Counted from the first letter of the stretch, positions 34,736 to 44,989 are shown. The stretch is 51,791 nt of DNA from a virus (IMGVR_UViG_3300023218_000017:1-51791), one strand, 5' to 3'. A program made the numbers and translations. Notes: generated by a model not told the origin, from the sequence alone.

Positions 34736-36258
34736 CGGTAGGTGTCGAGGAAAGCGCTGAAGGTGAGCGATTCGAGGGAGAGGCGGCCCGTCTGCGCCTT
34801 CACGCACAGCTGGGCTTCGTTGAATTTTTTCTTCCCCATACCCTTGCGCCATTTGACCGGGCGCGTGGTTGCCAGGTCGAAGGGCAGATCCACGGGGAGC
34901 TGGTTTTGTCCTACCTCGGTAGACACCGTCCAGCTGGCGGTGGGATCGCCGTCCAGCACCAACTCCACGGTGGCGGCGGCGGCGCTGTCGATAAAACGCA
35001 ATTCGGCTTTCCAGGTCTCTTTATGGCTTATTGCGTCGCCGAAATCCCAGGCCTTGCTCAGCAGTTCGGTCTTGTAGCCGGCCCCGTCGTCTTGGTAAGT
35101 GGCATCGAGCGCTCGGTCGTCGTCGAACTTCCAGGCCGGAACCTTGCCGGCGGCGTTGCCGTAAATCAGTTGCAAAACATCGCCGAAACGCGTGACTTCG
35201 AAGACGGAAGCATCCCAGCCCCACAGACCCATCCACGCGCCCAGCCGTCCGTTCCACACCAGAGTGTGACTGGGCTCGGTCGCGGCATCCAGAGGGAGCG
35301 CGAAAAAGACAAACTGGTCGAAGGTTCCGGCGGCCGCTCGGTCGGCATAGCTCCAGTTGATCCGGTCGATCACGTCCTGCACCGGCTGGCTGAGCGGCGG
35401 GGCGACTTCGTATTGGCCGTCGACCGCGCTCATGCGGCGGAGCGTGCGTATACCGTCGCGCGCGAGAAAGAACATGTCGTTGCCATAGCGCACGGCCGCG
35501 CGCGGCCCCACACACCCCACTCCTCCGGTGACTTTGCTGTAGGCCCATTGGCTGGCTTGGGTCGCCGTCGGGTCGGCGTTGATCATCCATATGGAGTTCT
35601 CCTTGAAGAGCGTCAGCCAGTAGCCTTGCAGGCTTTTCACGGCGGTGATTTTCTCGCCCTCGCCCTCGCCCACGCGCGTGACGAATTGCGGGTCCTGCAC
35701 GGTGGCCGGATCGGCCACGTCCGAGACCATTAGAGTATCCTGAGCGTCGGAGAAACCCGCGTAGAAGGCCCGGTAGGTGTGCCACTCCACGATCGAGGCC
35801 TTGGCCGCCACGGCCAGGTCGGCGAATCCGCCGGAGGGCTCCCACTTGTAGGCGTTTTGCGTGCCGTCGACGATGATCAGCTCGTTGATTCCCTGGGCGA
35901 TCTCTGGATTGGTTGCAGCGGGCGCGGTGTAGCCGGTCAGCGCGGCGCTCCAGCTAGTCCCGTCCCACTTGTAGAAGCTGTTTCCCACGCAGGCCAGCAG
36001 CGCCTCGGCGGTCGGGATGTCGTAGTAGGCCAGCGCCTGCACCATGCTTGCCGCACCGGGGGCCGCGCCGCCCAGGCTGTCCGCTCCGGGTCGCGTTTGC
36101 GCCCGAAGGCTCTGGTCGACCAGCAGGTTGAGCGCACGGGCATACTGCGCATCGCCGATACGGCTGCTGCGCTGGTAGCTGTTCAGCCCGCCGCCGAAGC
36201 TCTCCTGCCGGACAAAGGCCGGAGCGTCATCGAGAGCGTTGCTGTTGTGCACGGGCAT
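34732..36258 (-). CDS. Nozzle / packaged-DNA stabilization protein (P22 gp10-like role)
   Basis: SFGGGLN, TRPG, LFKENSIW, VGCVGPR, MFFLARDGI, LSQPV beta-propeller motifs. Confidence 0.78.
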   Translation of the reverse strand: MPVHNSNALDDAPAFVRQESFGGGLNSYQRSSRIGDAQYARALNLLVDQSLRAQTRPGADSLGGAAPGAASMVQALAYYDIPTAEALLACVGNSFYKWDGTSWSAALTGYTAPAATNPEIAQGINELIIVDGTQNAYKWEPSGGFADLAVAAKASIVEWHTYRAFYAGFSDAQDTLMVSDVADPATVQDPQFVTRVGEGEGEKITAVKSLQGYWLTLFKENSIWMINADPTATQASQWAYSKVTGGVGCVGPRAAVRYGNDMFFLARDGIRTLRRMSAVDGQYEVAPPLSQPVQDVIDRINWSYADRAAAGTFDQFVFFALPLDAATEPSHTLVWNGRLGAWMGLWGWDASVFEVTRFGDVLQLIYGNAAGKVPAWKFDDDRALDATYQDDGAGYKTELLSKAWDFGDAISHKETWKAELRFIDSAAAATVELVLDGDPTASWTVSTEVGQNQLPVDLPFDLATTRPVKWRKGMGKKKFNEAQLCVKAQTGRLSLESLTFSAFLDTYR

Positions 36259-36264
36259 GGTAGT

Positions 36265-37227
36265 TCAGCCTTTGGAAAGGAAATCGTAGTCGTCGTAGAA
36301 GAGGCCCCCGCCCATCGGCTCGGGGATCAGGCGCTGCGTGTCCTGCGTTTGCTCGGCCTCGACCGCGGCCAGCTGCTCCAGCAGGCCCGCCCCCTCGCCG
36401 AAGTATTCCTTCGCTTTTCCGAATTGGCGGTGGCGCTGCTCCATGTCGCCCAGGGCGTAGGCGATCAGGCAGTCCACGCTGTTGCGCAGCGGCGGCGGCT
36501 CGTCATCGCGCCATTCGGGGGCGGCGACTTTGCCGAGAAATCGCAGGGTGTCGTCCTTGCTCGGCCGCTCGGCGATTTGGATCCAGAGCGGGCGCACGCT
36601 TTCGAGCTGGCTGCCGGATAAGGTTTCGACCGTGACCGGAGTCACATCGTAGAGCGCCACCAGGCGCACGGGGTTGTTGGTCTCCTGCTTCAGCATCTGC
36701 TCCACCTGCACCGCCGTGTAAGAGAGCGTGTAGGTATCGCTGGTCACCATGCTCCAGGTTTCCTCCCGGCGGATGCCTTCGGCGTCGATGTAGCGAATGA
36801 AGGCGGTCTTATCCTGGTCGCTTTCGTCGTCGTTTCCCTTTAGCTGGAGCTGCACGGGGGTGTGGTAGCGCCAAACCGCGCGGCCCAGCTCGCTGCTTTT
36901 GCAGGGCGTGCCCGTCTCGGTAAACGCGTCGACGCCGACCCGGTAGCGCTGCTCGATACGGTGGCCGGGTAGCGGGTGGTCGTCCAGCCGCGTGCCCAGG
37001 ATACGCTCGTAGATCGGCGGCAACTTGATCAGGCCGGCGGCGTGCAGCGTGTCCGAGGCGTCCAGCGTCATGCTCAGCTGGCAAAGGGAATCCAGCCAGA
37101 GGGCCTTATTCCAGACCATGCGCAGGCGGCCCTGCAGGAAATTGCCGGCGGCGGCTTTTTCTTCGTTTTCCTCCTGGCCGCTTTTGTCGGCGATCCAGTC
37201 GATCATTTGAGTTTTGGTCAGGCTCAT
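36265..37227 (-). CDS. Head-tail adaptor-like protein
   Basis: ETGTP motif and C-terminal LIAYALGD...Q..KA..YF; lies upstream of the nozzle. Confidence 0.6.
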   Translation of the reverse strand: MSLTKTQMIDWIADKSGQEENEEKAAAGNFLQGRLRMVWNKALWLDSLCQLSMTLDASDTLHAAGLIKLPPIYERILGTRLDDHPLPGHRIEQRYRVGVDAFTETGTPCKSSELGRAVWRYHTPVQLQLKGNDDESDQDKTAFIRYIDAEGIRREETWSMVTSDTYTLSYTAVQVEQMLKQETNNPVRLVALYDVTPVTVETLSGSQLESVRPLWIQIAERPSKDDTLRFLGKVAAPEWRDDEPPPLRNSVDCLIAYALGDMEQRHRQFGKAKEYFGEGAGLLEQLAAVEAEQTQDTQRLIPEPMGGGLFYDDYDFLSKG

Positions 37228-38252
37228 ACGCGTTGCATCGCCCCGTAGATTGTCGTTTCGATCACGCCATTTCCTCCGTCGTGGAGGTGGAGATCGAAGG
37301 TGATTTGCTCTGCGCTCACTGGCAGCCGGATCAGCATGCCATGCCCCGCTCCGTTAGAGTCGCCGGTGAAATTCCCGTAAAAGACGGTTTGGAAGGTTCC
37401 ACTTCCGAAATCGTATTCGACTCGGAAAGTGGCACCGTTGTCGCCGTTGGTATAGCAGTAGACCAAAATTTCCCGGATGTCGGACGGAGTCAGTCCGGGT
37501 CCGGTAAAATCGGCGACATTGTAGGAAAACGTTCCGGTTCCGGATTGTGCAAGAGCGACGGTCCCGCCGGTGAGTGCCACAAACTCACGGTCGGTCTTCA
37601 TGGCATCGACGTATGCCTTGATCGCCTGCTGCGTGCTCACGGCATCGCCGCGGTCGCTCGCCATGTCGTCCTCGTCGAGGATGTCGACCTCCGCCGGCGC
37701 GGCGGCCGCGCCGCTGACGTTGCCCAGGAGTTTCATGTCCGACACGTCCTCGATTTTGGCCGTGGCGATCGAGCCGTCGGGGATGGCCGTCAGGTCGCTT
37801 TTTTTGACTTTATACCACTGCGTCCCGCTCACGTCGTAGAAGATGAGCCAATCCGCGTCGTCGGGATCGGTCTTTTCCGTATACATGGCCGGGTCGTGGA
37901 TCTCCGGCAGGTCGTGGTAGAGGTCGCCGCGTGCGACCTTGATGAATCCGCTCACGTTCGGGTCGAAAAGAAGCAGGTAGGTATCCTCCGCCGGCGTGGT
38001 TTCGACCGCTCGGCCGTCGATGAGCTTGGCGTGCTCGAAGCACGCCTGATCGAGCGTAGCCTTGCGAAGCTCGCCGCTGCTCGGATCGTAGAGCAGCACG
38101 ACACAGTTGGCCGCCGGGGTGGTATCGGCCGTCTTACCGGTGATGGCCTCCGGCTTCAGCCGCAGCCCCTCGACCAGGGCGTGCAGCTCTGCTCGGCCCA
38201 CGTTTTTCTGGCCGCTGGTCAAGCCGCCGGTGTTGATCTCGGTATCGCTCAT
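37224..38252 (-). CDS. Tail fibre-like protein with three internal repeats
   Basis: Repeats TTPAANCVVLLYDPSSGELRKA / TTPAEDTYLLLFDPNVSGFIKV / TDPDDADWLIFYDVSGTQWYKV; IPDGSIATAKI; STQQAIKAYVD. Confidence 0.7.
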   Translation of the reverse strand: MSDTEINTGGLTSGQKNVGRAELHALVEGLRLKPEAITGKTADTTPAANCVVLLYDPSSGELRKATLDQACFEHAKLIDGRAVETTPAEDTYLLLFDPNVSGFIKVARGDLYHDLPEIHDPAMYTEKTDPDDADWLIFYDVSGTQWYKVKKSDLTAIPDGSIATAKIEDVSDMKLLGNVSGAAAAPAEVDILDEDDMASDRGDAVSTQQAIKAYVDAMKTDREFVALTGGTVALAQSGTGTFSYNVADFTGPGLTPSDIREILVYCYTNGDNGATFRVEYDFGSGTFQTVFYGNFTGDSNGAGHGMLIRLPVSAEQITFDLHLHDGGNGVIETTIYGAMQRV

Positions 38253-38554
38253 GCTGCGCTCTCGTCCTCCTTTACGGGTTCGTTATTGTGCGGGGCGGTC
38301 CATACCTTTTTCAGCTCGTCCGCGCTGAATCCGGTCTGCCGCTCGATTTCTTGGCGGCCGACGCTGTCTTCGTATTTCGAGAGCGCCTTGATCGTGCTCT
38401 CGCCGTCCGTCGGCAGGGGCGTAAACCCGTAAACCAGCCCCGGCATGCTGGGGATGCGCTTCAGGTGCTTCGGCACGTCGTCTCGCTCGGAGTAGTTGCG
38501 AAACAGTTCCACAACTTCGCCGGTGCGTCGGTCCTCGTATTCGTAGATTGGCAT
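38249..38554 (-). CDS. FmdB-like small protein lacking the Cys ligands
   Basis: MPIYEYED..TGEVVE...LKRIPS pattern. Confidence 0.55.
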   Translation of the reverse strand: MPIYEYEDRRTGEVVELFRNYSERDDVPKHLKRIPSMPGLVYGFTPLPTDGESTIKALSKYEDSVGRQEIERQTGFSADELKKVWTAPHNNEPVKEDESAA

Positions 38555-38556
38555 GG

Positions 38557-39078
38557 CTAGATGACTGGTTCGGGTCGAGTCTTGCGCCTCGCGCGAAACT
38601 TCGGGCCGAGCCAGCGCACGGCAAAAAACATGCGCCGCGCGATGGTCGGGTCCACGTGCTCGGCCAGCATCAGCTGGCGAAACTCTTTTGCCGCCTCCAC
38701 GTGCGAGAGCGGGCTTATTTCCTCTTTGCCTAACCGGCACCAATGGTCGTGCGCCCCGGCCGCATGCACGTAGTCGTTGCCGTCCACGCCGAAGGGCGGG
38801 TAGCGGTCCCACAGGAACTGCGGCACGCTTGCCCCGTCGCTGATCGTGCCGACGGGCAGCGTCACAAACCGGCCCAGCAACGGGGACCACCAGCAAAGCT
38901 CGCCCAGGTAGCGCACGGCCCGCACCTTCTTTTCCCGCTTCCAGAACAGCCAGTGGCGCACGGTGATCGTGGTCCACGTCAACTGATACCGCGGCTTGCG
39001 CACGAAGTAGGCGCGCTTCGCGGGCTTCGGCGAACGCTCGCGCTTGCGGCAGATGCTGATGGGGGAGGGTTCTAGCAT
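38557..39078 (-). CDS. DUF1353-like protein
   Basis: P.GTISDGASVPQFLW...AAGAHDHWC...MFFAVRWLG signature. Confidence 0.75.
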   Translation of the reverse strand: MLEPSPISICRKRERSPKPAKRAYFVRKPRYQLTWTTITVRHWLFWKREKKVRAVRYLGELCWWSPLLGRFVTLPVGTISDGASVPQFLWDRYPPFGVDGNDYVHAAGAHDHWCRLGKEEISPLSHVEAAKEFRQLMLAEHVDPTIARRMFFAVRWLGPKFRARRKTRPEPVI

Positions 39079-39079
39079 G

Positions 39080-39775
39080 TCAGTTGCCCAGCCCGTGGGT
39101 GATGCCCTGCACGTTCGGCCAGGCGAGTAGGTTTTGGGCGACGAGATCGAGCCCCTGCGGCTCGAATACGAACACGCCCCGGTCGGTCCACGCGACGCAC
39201 AGAGCATGATAGCCGTCCGTCACGCCCGCGAACGGCTCGTCCATCCGCGCATAGATCACCCAGACGCCCGCAGCCTCCTCGATGGGGCGGGCGTGGAACA
39301 TGGACGGATAGACCTGCACCCGGCTCGCGAAGTCCTCGCAGTCGTTCAGCTCGGCCTCGTAATCGACCCCCGCGTCGTGGAGAAACCGCTTAAGCCAAAA
39401 GATCGCCCGTACGGCCGACTCGTGCTCCATCTGCGCGTAGGTCGAGTCGGGCAGCGTAAACGCAATCCTGAGTCCATTGGCGGCGGCCCACTCACGGATC
39501 TGCGTGGCCGTAGCCGTCACACCGGTAAACTCCACCTCCGGCGGCGACTGTACCCGCCATGCACCCGCGCCAGCACGCTCCACGACCGGCCCGCGATAGG
39601 GATTTTGTAGCGTCACGGAACTTTCGCCCAAACGGCCGGAGGACGCCACCCGCGTAGTCGCGCACCCGGTCGCCAGCCAGAGCACGGCGCACACGGCCAG
39701 CACCATGAGCGCCGCGCGAACGCACTCGCGGAGGATCGCTGACTCGCGGATGATTTGTTGTGGTGTGGTGCTCAT
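39080..39775 (-). CDS. Lipoprotein with a transglutaminase/papain-like Cys-His-acid triad
   Basis: Lipobox-like LATGC; NDCEDFA...YHALC...VFEPQ. Confidence 0.6.
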   Translation of the reverse strand: MSTTPQQIIRESAILRECVRAALMVLAVCAVLWLATGCATTRVASSGRLGESSVTLQNPYRGPVVERAGAGAWRVQSPPEVEFTGVTATATQIREWAAANGLRIAFTLPDSTYAQMEHESAVRAIFWLKRFLHDAGVDYEAELNDCEDFASRVQVYPSMFHARPIEEAAGVWVIYARMDEPFAGVTDGYHALCVAWTDRGVFVFEPQGLDLVAQNLLAWPNVQGITHGLGN

Positions 39776-39781
39776 AAGGGA

Positions 39782-40528
39782 TCAGAGGTCGAGGTTGTCG
39801 CCGCGCCCGCCGCGCAAGCGCCAGTAGGTGTCGCCGTCCACCTCGCCCGTCTCCGGGTCGGTGGCCTCGGCGAGGGCGTGGAGGGCGCGGGCGCGCTCCC
39901 GGTCCTCGGCGGTCATGCGCTCCGCCGCGTAGTGTGCCCGCACGGCTTCGCGGTTGCGCCGGTCCGTGAGGTAGCCCCATAGGGACATGTCGACCGGCTC
40001 GGCGTCTCTCGCCGGTGCGCCCACGGTCGATTGCGGTGCGGCGGGCACGCTCAGCGCCTCCGGCGTCGGTGTCCGGCTGTCGAGGTATTGCTGCGCGGCT
40101 TCGGCGGCCCATGCGCTGACCTGTCTGACGGTCGTGAGCGCCTCGGGGTCGAGTTGCCCGGCGTCGATCCGGCTCTCGATATGGGCGGCCAGCACGGAGA
40201 CGAGGAGGTTGGCCTGCGCCCTGCGGGTGGGGCTCAGGTCGAGGTCCACCAGCTCGGCGTCCACGAGGGTCGCCACGGCGGCGAGGGTGACGGTGCCGTC
40301 CTCGTCGACGGACGATTGCAGGGCTTCGTCGACGGCGATGATGTTTTCGGCGGTCTCGATGGAGTCGCCGGAGCGCTCGATGGCCTCGTATGTCGCGATC
40401 TGGACGACGCCCTGCGCGATGACAGGATTGTCGCGGATGGTCTGGCAGCCGGCAGCAAACAGCCCGAGGGCCGTGATTAGGGTGGCGACCAGCAGGCCGC
40501 CGAGGGTGTATTTGGTGTGTGGGTTCAT
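39782..40528 (-). CDS. Lipoprotein (lysis-region)
   Basis: Signal peptide ending FAAGC. Confidence 0.65.
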   Translation of the reverse strand: MNPHTKYTLGGLLVATLITALGLFAAGCQTIRDNPVIAQGVVQIATYEAIERSGDSIETAENIIAVDEALQSSVDEDGTVTLAAVATLVDAELVDLDLSPTRRAQANLLVSVLAAHIESRIDAGQLDPEALTTVRQVSAWAAEAAQQYLDSRTPTPEALSVPAAPQSTVGAPARDAEPVDMSLWGYLTDRRNREAVRAHYAAERMTAEDRERARALHALAEATDPETGEVDGDTYWRLRGGRGDNLDL

Positions 40529-40538
40529 GATGTGTAAA

Positions 40539-40820
40539 TTATTGCTCCATCCGGGCCACCATCAGCTCCAGCTCTCGGAGGCGGCGGTCGTGGCCCCGTA
40601 AAGCGGTGTTCATCGCCTCCAGTTCGCGTTCCACACTCGACATGTCGGCACGCGCATCCTCCGGCGTGTAAGCCCGCTGGCCTCCGCGCCATTGCTCGAG
40701 CACCGACAGCCGGACCTCAAGTTTGTGGGTCGTATAAATGTTCCACCCTCCAAGGCCGAGTAGCATACTTTGTAGCGTCATGATGATTAGTGCGTTCCAG
40801 TCTTTTTTGGCGTTTGGCAT
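40539..40820 (-). CDS. Single-TM coiled-coil protein (holin/lysis accessory candidate), paralog of 23497-23778
   Basis: MPNAKKDW...GHDRRLRELELMVARM. Confidence 0.65.
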   Translation of the reverse strand: MPNAKKDWNALIIMTLQSMLLGLGGWNIYTTHKLEVRLSVLEQWRGGQRAYTPEDARADMSSVERELEAMNTALRGHDRRLRELELMVARMEQ

Positions 40821-40863
40821 AAAGGCGTCTGGCTCGGGCGGAGAGGGCCGAGAATCTCGATTT

Positions 40864-43509
40864 TCAGAAGGTCATCCACTCCCAGTGGTCATCCAGATCC
40901 GTCTCAGTCGGGATGCTGGTGTTGTCGCTGACCGTCGAGTTGCCGCCGGTGTTGTCCTCAATCGCGGTGCCAATCAGGTTTCCCGTCACGACGGCGTTAT
41001 GCGTATGTCCGCTCTTGCCGATACGGATGGAACCAAACACCGGAGCCGCCACGGCCCGGACCGTGTTACCGATAGCTATGCCGCCACTACGGTTAGACTG
41101 GAAACCTGTCTCCGTATCATCAACACACGCGACCTCGATACCGGCCCGACAGCTCGAAGACAACAGGATGACCTCGTTATTCCGGGCGATCCATCCCGCC
41201 GGGAGCTGAATGCCGTATGCGTTGGCTACATCGGTCGCGATCCAGTTGCCGTGGATTTGGCCCGATTTCTGATAATTGTTTGTCGCGACCGGGTTCGAAA
41301 TACGTCCCAATATTCCGATTTCCAAACGCTCGATACGATTGTCTTTGATCTCGATAATGTGGTTATACCGGTATTCCGCCCCGTCCGCGCCGGAGCTGTA
41401 TTCGATCCCCGTATCCGCGTCTCCGTCTAATGTAGCGGAGCCGTATATCCTGTTTCCGCTGATACGGGTCCGGTCTCCATTACTGTGTAGGATGTAGGCT
41501 GACGAACCGACCTCGCTGGCCGGAAAATCGTAACCGGACCCGTAAAATACGTTGTCGTCGATCACCACATCACGCCCCCCCTGAATTTGGACGCGGCCCC
41601 CGAAAAACGTATTTCCGCGCACCACCACGTTGCGGTGTTCGGCGGTCGTATCCACCCCCTGCGACGACATCAGTATGTCGCCCACCCGGTCAAACGTGTT
41701 GCCGGTGATTTCGTAGTTATAGCGATACGAGTCGACCGGGGTAAATGGCGCTCCTGAGAAAAATATGGCGCCGGTAGTCTCCCCGCCCGCAGGGGCGGTC
41801 TTGTTACGCGCTATGTTGTCGCGGAACTTGAGATCATGATCGCCGCCCTCGCTGCCGTTGGTATGCGAAATCGGCCCGATCAGCGCACCATGACTCTCCA
41901 GGAAAACGTTGTCATGGACCAGCACGTTGTTGCTCTGCGCGGAATACGTCACAACCGCCTCGCCGTGCTGCATACCTATCACCTCCTCATTCATGTTGTA
42001 GGTATGGTTATGCGCGAACACGATGCCGCGTGATTCGTCGTAATCCCCGTCCCCAATCAACCCGGTGCTAACGTGGATCGCACTGCCGTTGCAGTTGCGC
42101 CACTGATTGCCGGTGATGATGGCCGGCGAGTCTGTGCCAACGCTCTCGCCCGGAGAATTTTCGAAAAAACAGTCAACCAACCGTAACGGCTGCGTGTGAA
42201 ATTTGCTCATCACCCCCCAATTAACCAACCAGTCCTTTGATGGGTTTTCGGCGCGGTTGCCATCGAACGAAACACCGTAGATGTTGATCCCGCCGCCTGC
42301 CGTGGCGCGAATCAAATCGCATGACTGTGCGACCACGGTGCCATCCGGGTATTCTCCGGCACCGTCCAGGCTGCCGTCTTCGGGCAACCCCACGGGCTGA
42401 GTGAGCGTGATGGTGTTGCCGTTGATCGAATCGATAGTGAGCGTGGTAGCGTCCGTGTCTATGTGGCCGTTTTCGTCGTGGGTGCGGTCTCCGCGAGCAA
42501 AATACAGGGCTGTCCCCGCCCGCCAATGGGAGGGGACGGACGTGACATCAAACGAGGTTGCCCCATCGGCCACCGTGCCATCGGTAGCGGTCTCAGGCAG
42601 GTCCGCGCGGCGCAATGTCGCACCATATCCGGTTAGCGTTAGGGCGGAGGGCGGAGACAGGGTGTTATTGATCGTATAGACTATCGGCTCAAGGCTGACG
42701 ACTCCGCCCGGCCCCGCCTCGTCCATGGCTGCCTGTATAGCCTCGTCGTCGGTGCCGTCCGGGACGACTCCACTGATCCTAAGCGCAGCCCGCGCGGCGG
42801 CCTCGGACTCGGACTGGAGCACGGCGGTCCCGGCGGTCCCGGCGTCGGTGATGTCGGCGGCGGCGACGGAAGTGGGATCGATCCACTGATCGTTATCGGC
42901 CGGCGCGGAAAAACCCTCCGGCAAAAACACCGGCACGCCGTCGGTCGTCGCCCCCCACGCCGGCCCCGTGACCTCGACCGTGTTGGCGGCGAGGTCCGTG
43001 CTGGGGGCGTCGATTAGAAAAATACCCTTGTTGGATCTCCAGTCCGAGCTTTCGCTCACTATATCGCTGCGCACTAAAGTAAACGCACCGGGATTAGCGG
43101 ATGCGTCGGGACCCGGATTCCAGTTATTGGCATTCCACGGGTAGGTTACATTATCGGGACTGGTCCAGTAAACTTCGCCGCCAATGTAGTTTCCGGATTT
43201 CCAGAGGCGCTCCGAGTCGGCCCACCACACCGCTCCGGTTTGGCTGCTGCTGTCGAGCGTCTCATTCGGGTCGAGCCGGTAGGCCGGTTTTCCGTTTTGC
43301 CGCTCGGTGTAGGTGTAGCCTCCGCCAATGCCGTAACCGTTGCGATCAAAGATATAGGGCACGTCCGCGCCCTCGATCCCAAGTTTCGGAGGAGTCCCGA
43401 CAAAGGTCTCGACGTTGCCATCGGGGTTGATCACGCGGTATCCCTTTTCGATCGGGTAAAGCGTGAGTTTCTCGCCCGTGTCGGCGATATTTTGGAGTTC
43501 GTTGCTCAT
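40864..43509 (-). CDS. Tailspike/depolymerase with a right-handed beta-helix (pectin lyase-like)
   Basis: DGTDDEAIQAAMD...GGVV, LTLTGYGATL, many I.GN/V..N repeats, AAARAAL fibre linker. Confidence 0.78.
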   Translation of the reverse strand: MSNELQNIADTGEKLTLYPIEKGYRVINPDGNVETFVGTPPKLGIEGADVPYIFDRNGYGIGGGYTYTERQNGKPAYRLDPNETLDSSSQTGAVWWADSERLWKSGNYIGGEVYWTSPDNVTYPWNANNWNPGPDASANPGAFTLVRSDIVSESSDWRSNKGIFLIDAPSTDLAANTVEVTGPAWGATTDGVPVFLPEGFSAPADNDQWIDPTSVAAADITDAGTAGTAVLQSESEAAARAALRISGVVPDGTDDEAIQAAMDEAGPGGVVSLEPIVYTINNTLSPPSALTLTGYGATLRRADLPETATDGTVADGATSFDVTSVPSHWRAGTALYFARGDRTHDENGHIDTDATTLTIDSINGNTITLTQPVGLPEDGSLDGAGEYPDGTVVAQSCDLIRATAGGGINIYGVSFDGNRAENPSKDWLVNWGVMSKFHTQPLRLVDCFFENSPGESVGTDSPAIITGNQWRNCNGSAIHVSTGLIGDGDYDESRGIVFAHNHTYNMNEEVIGMQHGEAVVTYSAQSNNVLVHDNVFLESHGALIGPISHTNGSEGGDHDLKFRDNIARNKTAPAGGETTGAIFFSGAPFTPVDSYRYNYEITGNTFDRVGDILMSSQGVDTTAEHRNVVVRGNTFFGGRVQIQGGRDVVIDDNVFYGSGYDFPASEVGSSAYILHSNGDRTRISGNRIYGSATLDGDADTGIEYSSGADGAEYRYNHIIEIKDNRIERLEIGILGRISNPVATNNYQKSGQIHGNWIATDVANAYGIQLPAGWIARNNEVILLSSSCRAGIEVACVDDTETGFQSNRSGGIAIGNTVRAVAAPVFGSIRIGKSGHTHNAVVTGNLIGTAIEDNTGGNSTVSDNTSIPTETDLDDHWEWMTF

Positions 43510-43530
43510 GCTATCGGTTTTGGGTAAAAA

Positions 43531-43812
43531 TCAGTAGGCGCTTCCGCCGGCGCTCTCGTCATCGAGTTCGCGGCGCAGGGCGGCTTCCTCGTCTTCGAGT
43601 TGCTGGTCGGGCGTCTTCGGCTCTTCCATGTCGGGGAAGGGCTCGCCGTTGCCGCTCTCGCCGACGACGGTTGCTATGCCGTCGCGGACTTCGGTCACCT
43701 GGCCTTCGACCATGATCTGCACACGGTCGCCGGCGGCGGGGGGAATCATCTCGTTTTCCGTCTCGCCGGGGGCGGCGATGGCGTCGAGGTTTACGTGGAA
43801 TTTCGGCTTCAT
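43531..43812 (-). CDS. Acidic hypothetical protein, 93 aa
   Basis: Follows the capsid terminator; P..GDRV...VEG.V pattern. Confidence 0.65.
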   Translation of the reverse strand: MKPKFHVNLDAIAAPGETENEMIPPAAGDRVQIMVEGQVTEVRDGIATVVGESGNGEPFPDMEEPKTPDQQLEDEEAALRRELDDESAGGSAY

Positions 43813-43848
43813 GGTCGGTGTGATTTTCGGTGAAAATTCGTGGTGTGA

Positions 43849-43886
43849 TAAAAGGCGCCGGCGGGGGATCGGCCCCGCCGGGCCTT
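43849..43886 (-). terminator. Intrinsic terminator after the right capsid gene
   Basis: Minus strand aaggcccggcgggg...ccccgccggcgccTTTTAT. Confidence 0.7.
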
Positions 43887-43919
43887 GGGTTGGTCGTTTA
43901 TGGCAGAACGATTACGAGC

Positions 43920-44930
43920 TTAGGAGAACGTCGACTTGCTGCGCAGCAGGACCAGGAACTTCGGGTTCAGGGTCTTGGCATTCCAGTAGCTCTTCCACCC
44001 TGCGGTGATGAACTGGTTCAGCGGGTCGCTCTTGTCGGCCTTGTCGTTGACGATGATCTGCGGCTTTTTCGGGCTCTTGGACCCGGCGAGCTTCGGGCAA
44101 CCGAAGGCTCCGCGGCCGAGGAACATCGTGGTGTAGTTGTCCCCGGCGGCGTCGAAGGTGCCGTAGGTGTCGTCCTCGACGAACGGGTTGTCGTGCTCGA
44201 TGTATTTCACGCCGTCCAGCTCGCCGATCTCGCCCTTGTAGAGCTTGTCCGGGCGGCTGTATTTGGCGGCTTCGAGCCAATCGTCGTCCTGGGTGAGGTC
44301 GTGCACGTTGGTGGCCGTGATCAGGGCGACGTATTTGCCGTTGATCTTCGGCGCGCGCACCGTGTGGTGGGCCAGCTGCGTCTTCGCTCCCAGGGCGGCC
44401 AGCCGGGTGAACTTCGCGTTTGCGGCGCTCAGGGCGTCGAAGGTGCCGAAGTCCGCGCTGCTGTTTCCGGTGGGCGTTACGCCGGCGAAGCGCTCGTGCC
44501 CGTTGTCGCTGTTGAGCATGTCCGCGATGATCACGTTGCGTATGGTCTTGTCGGCGTGCAGGGCGCAGTCCTCGGCCATCCCCTCGATGCTTTGCTGGAG
44601 CATGTTGAAGAGGTCCGTGTAGGTCACGATGTCCGTGATCTTCGCGGCCTCGCCGTATTGCTTCAGGCTCACATCGACATACTCCATGTCGACTTCGGTG
44701 AAGGTGCTGATCGGCACGCCTTCCGAGAGTTCCACAACGTCGTCGGACTTGGCGACGCGGCGGCGGAAGTAGCGCACGGAATTGGCACCGGCGTTTCTCG
44801 GCAGCTCGCTTTCGACCGCAAACTGCGATAACTGCAGTTTGAAAATCGCGTGCTGCAGAAGCTTCTTCGAGAAGTGCTTCTGGATTTTATCCGCCTGGGA
44901 AGACGGATTGGAAGTGGTGGTCATTGCCAT
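43920..44930 (-). CDS. Major capsid protein, N4-gp56 family-like
   Basis: LSEGVP, LKQYG...ITD, LYKGEIGELDGVKYIE, SDPLNQF.TAGWK motifs. Confidence 0.9.
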   Translation of the reverse strand: MAMTTTSNPSSQADKIQKHFSKKLLQHAIFKLQLSQFAVESELPRNAGANSVRYFRRRVAKSDDVVELSEGVPISTFTEVDMEYVDVSLKQYGEAAKITDIVTYTDLFNMLQQSIEGMAEDCALHADKTIRNVIIADMLNSDNGHERFAGVTPTGNSSADFGTFDALSAANAKFTRLAALGAKTQLAHHTVRAPKINGKYVALITATNVHDLTQDDDWLEAAKYSRPDKLYKGEIGELDGVKYIEHDNPFVEDDTYGTFDAAGDNYTTMFLGRGAFGCPKLAGSKSPKKPQIIVNDKADKSDPLNQFITAGWKSYWNAKTLNPKFLVLLRSKSTFS

Positions 44931-44989
44931 GGTAATGTTTCCTTATGGATTGGTGTGTGAAGAAATGCGCATAACCGCCACCGGGGCCG

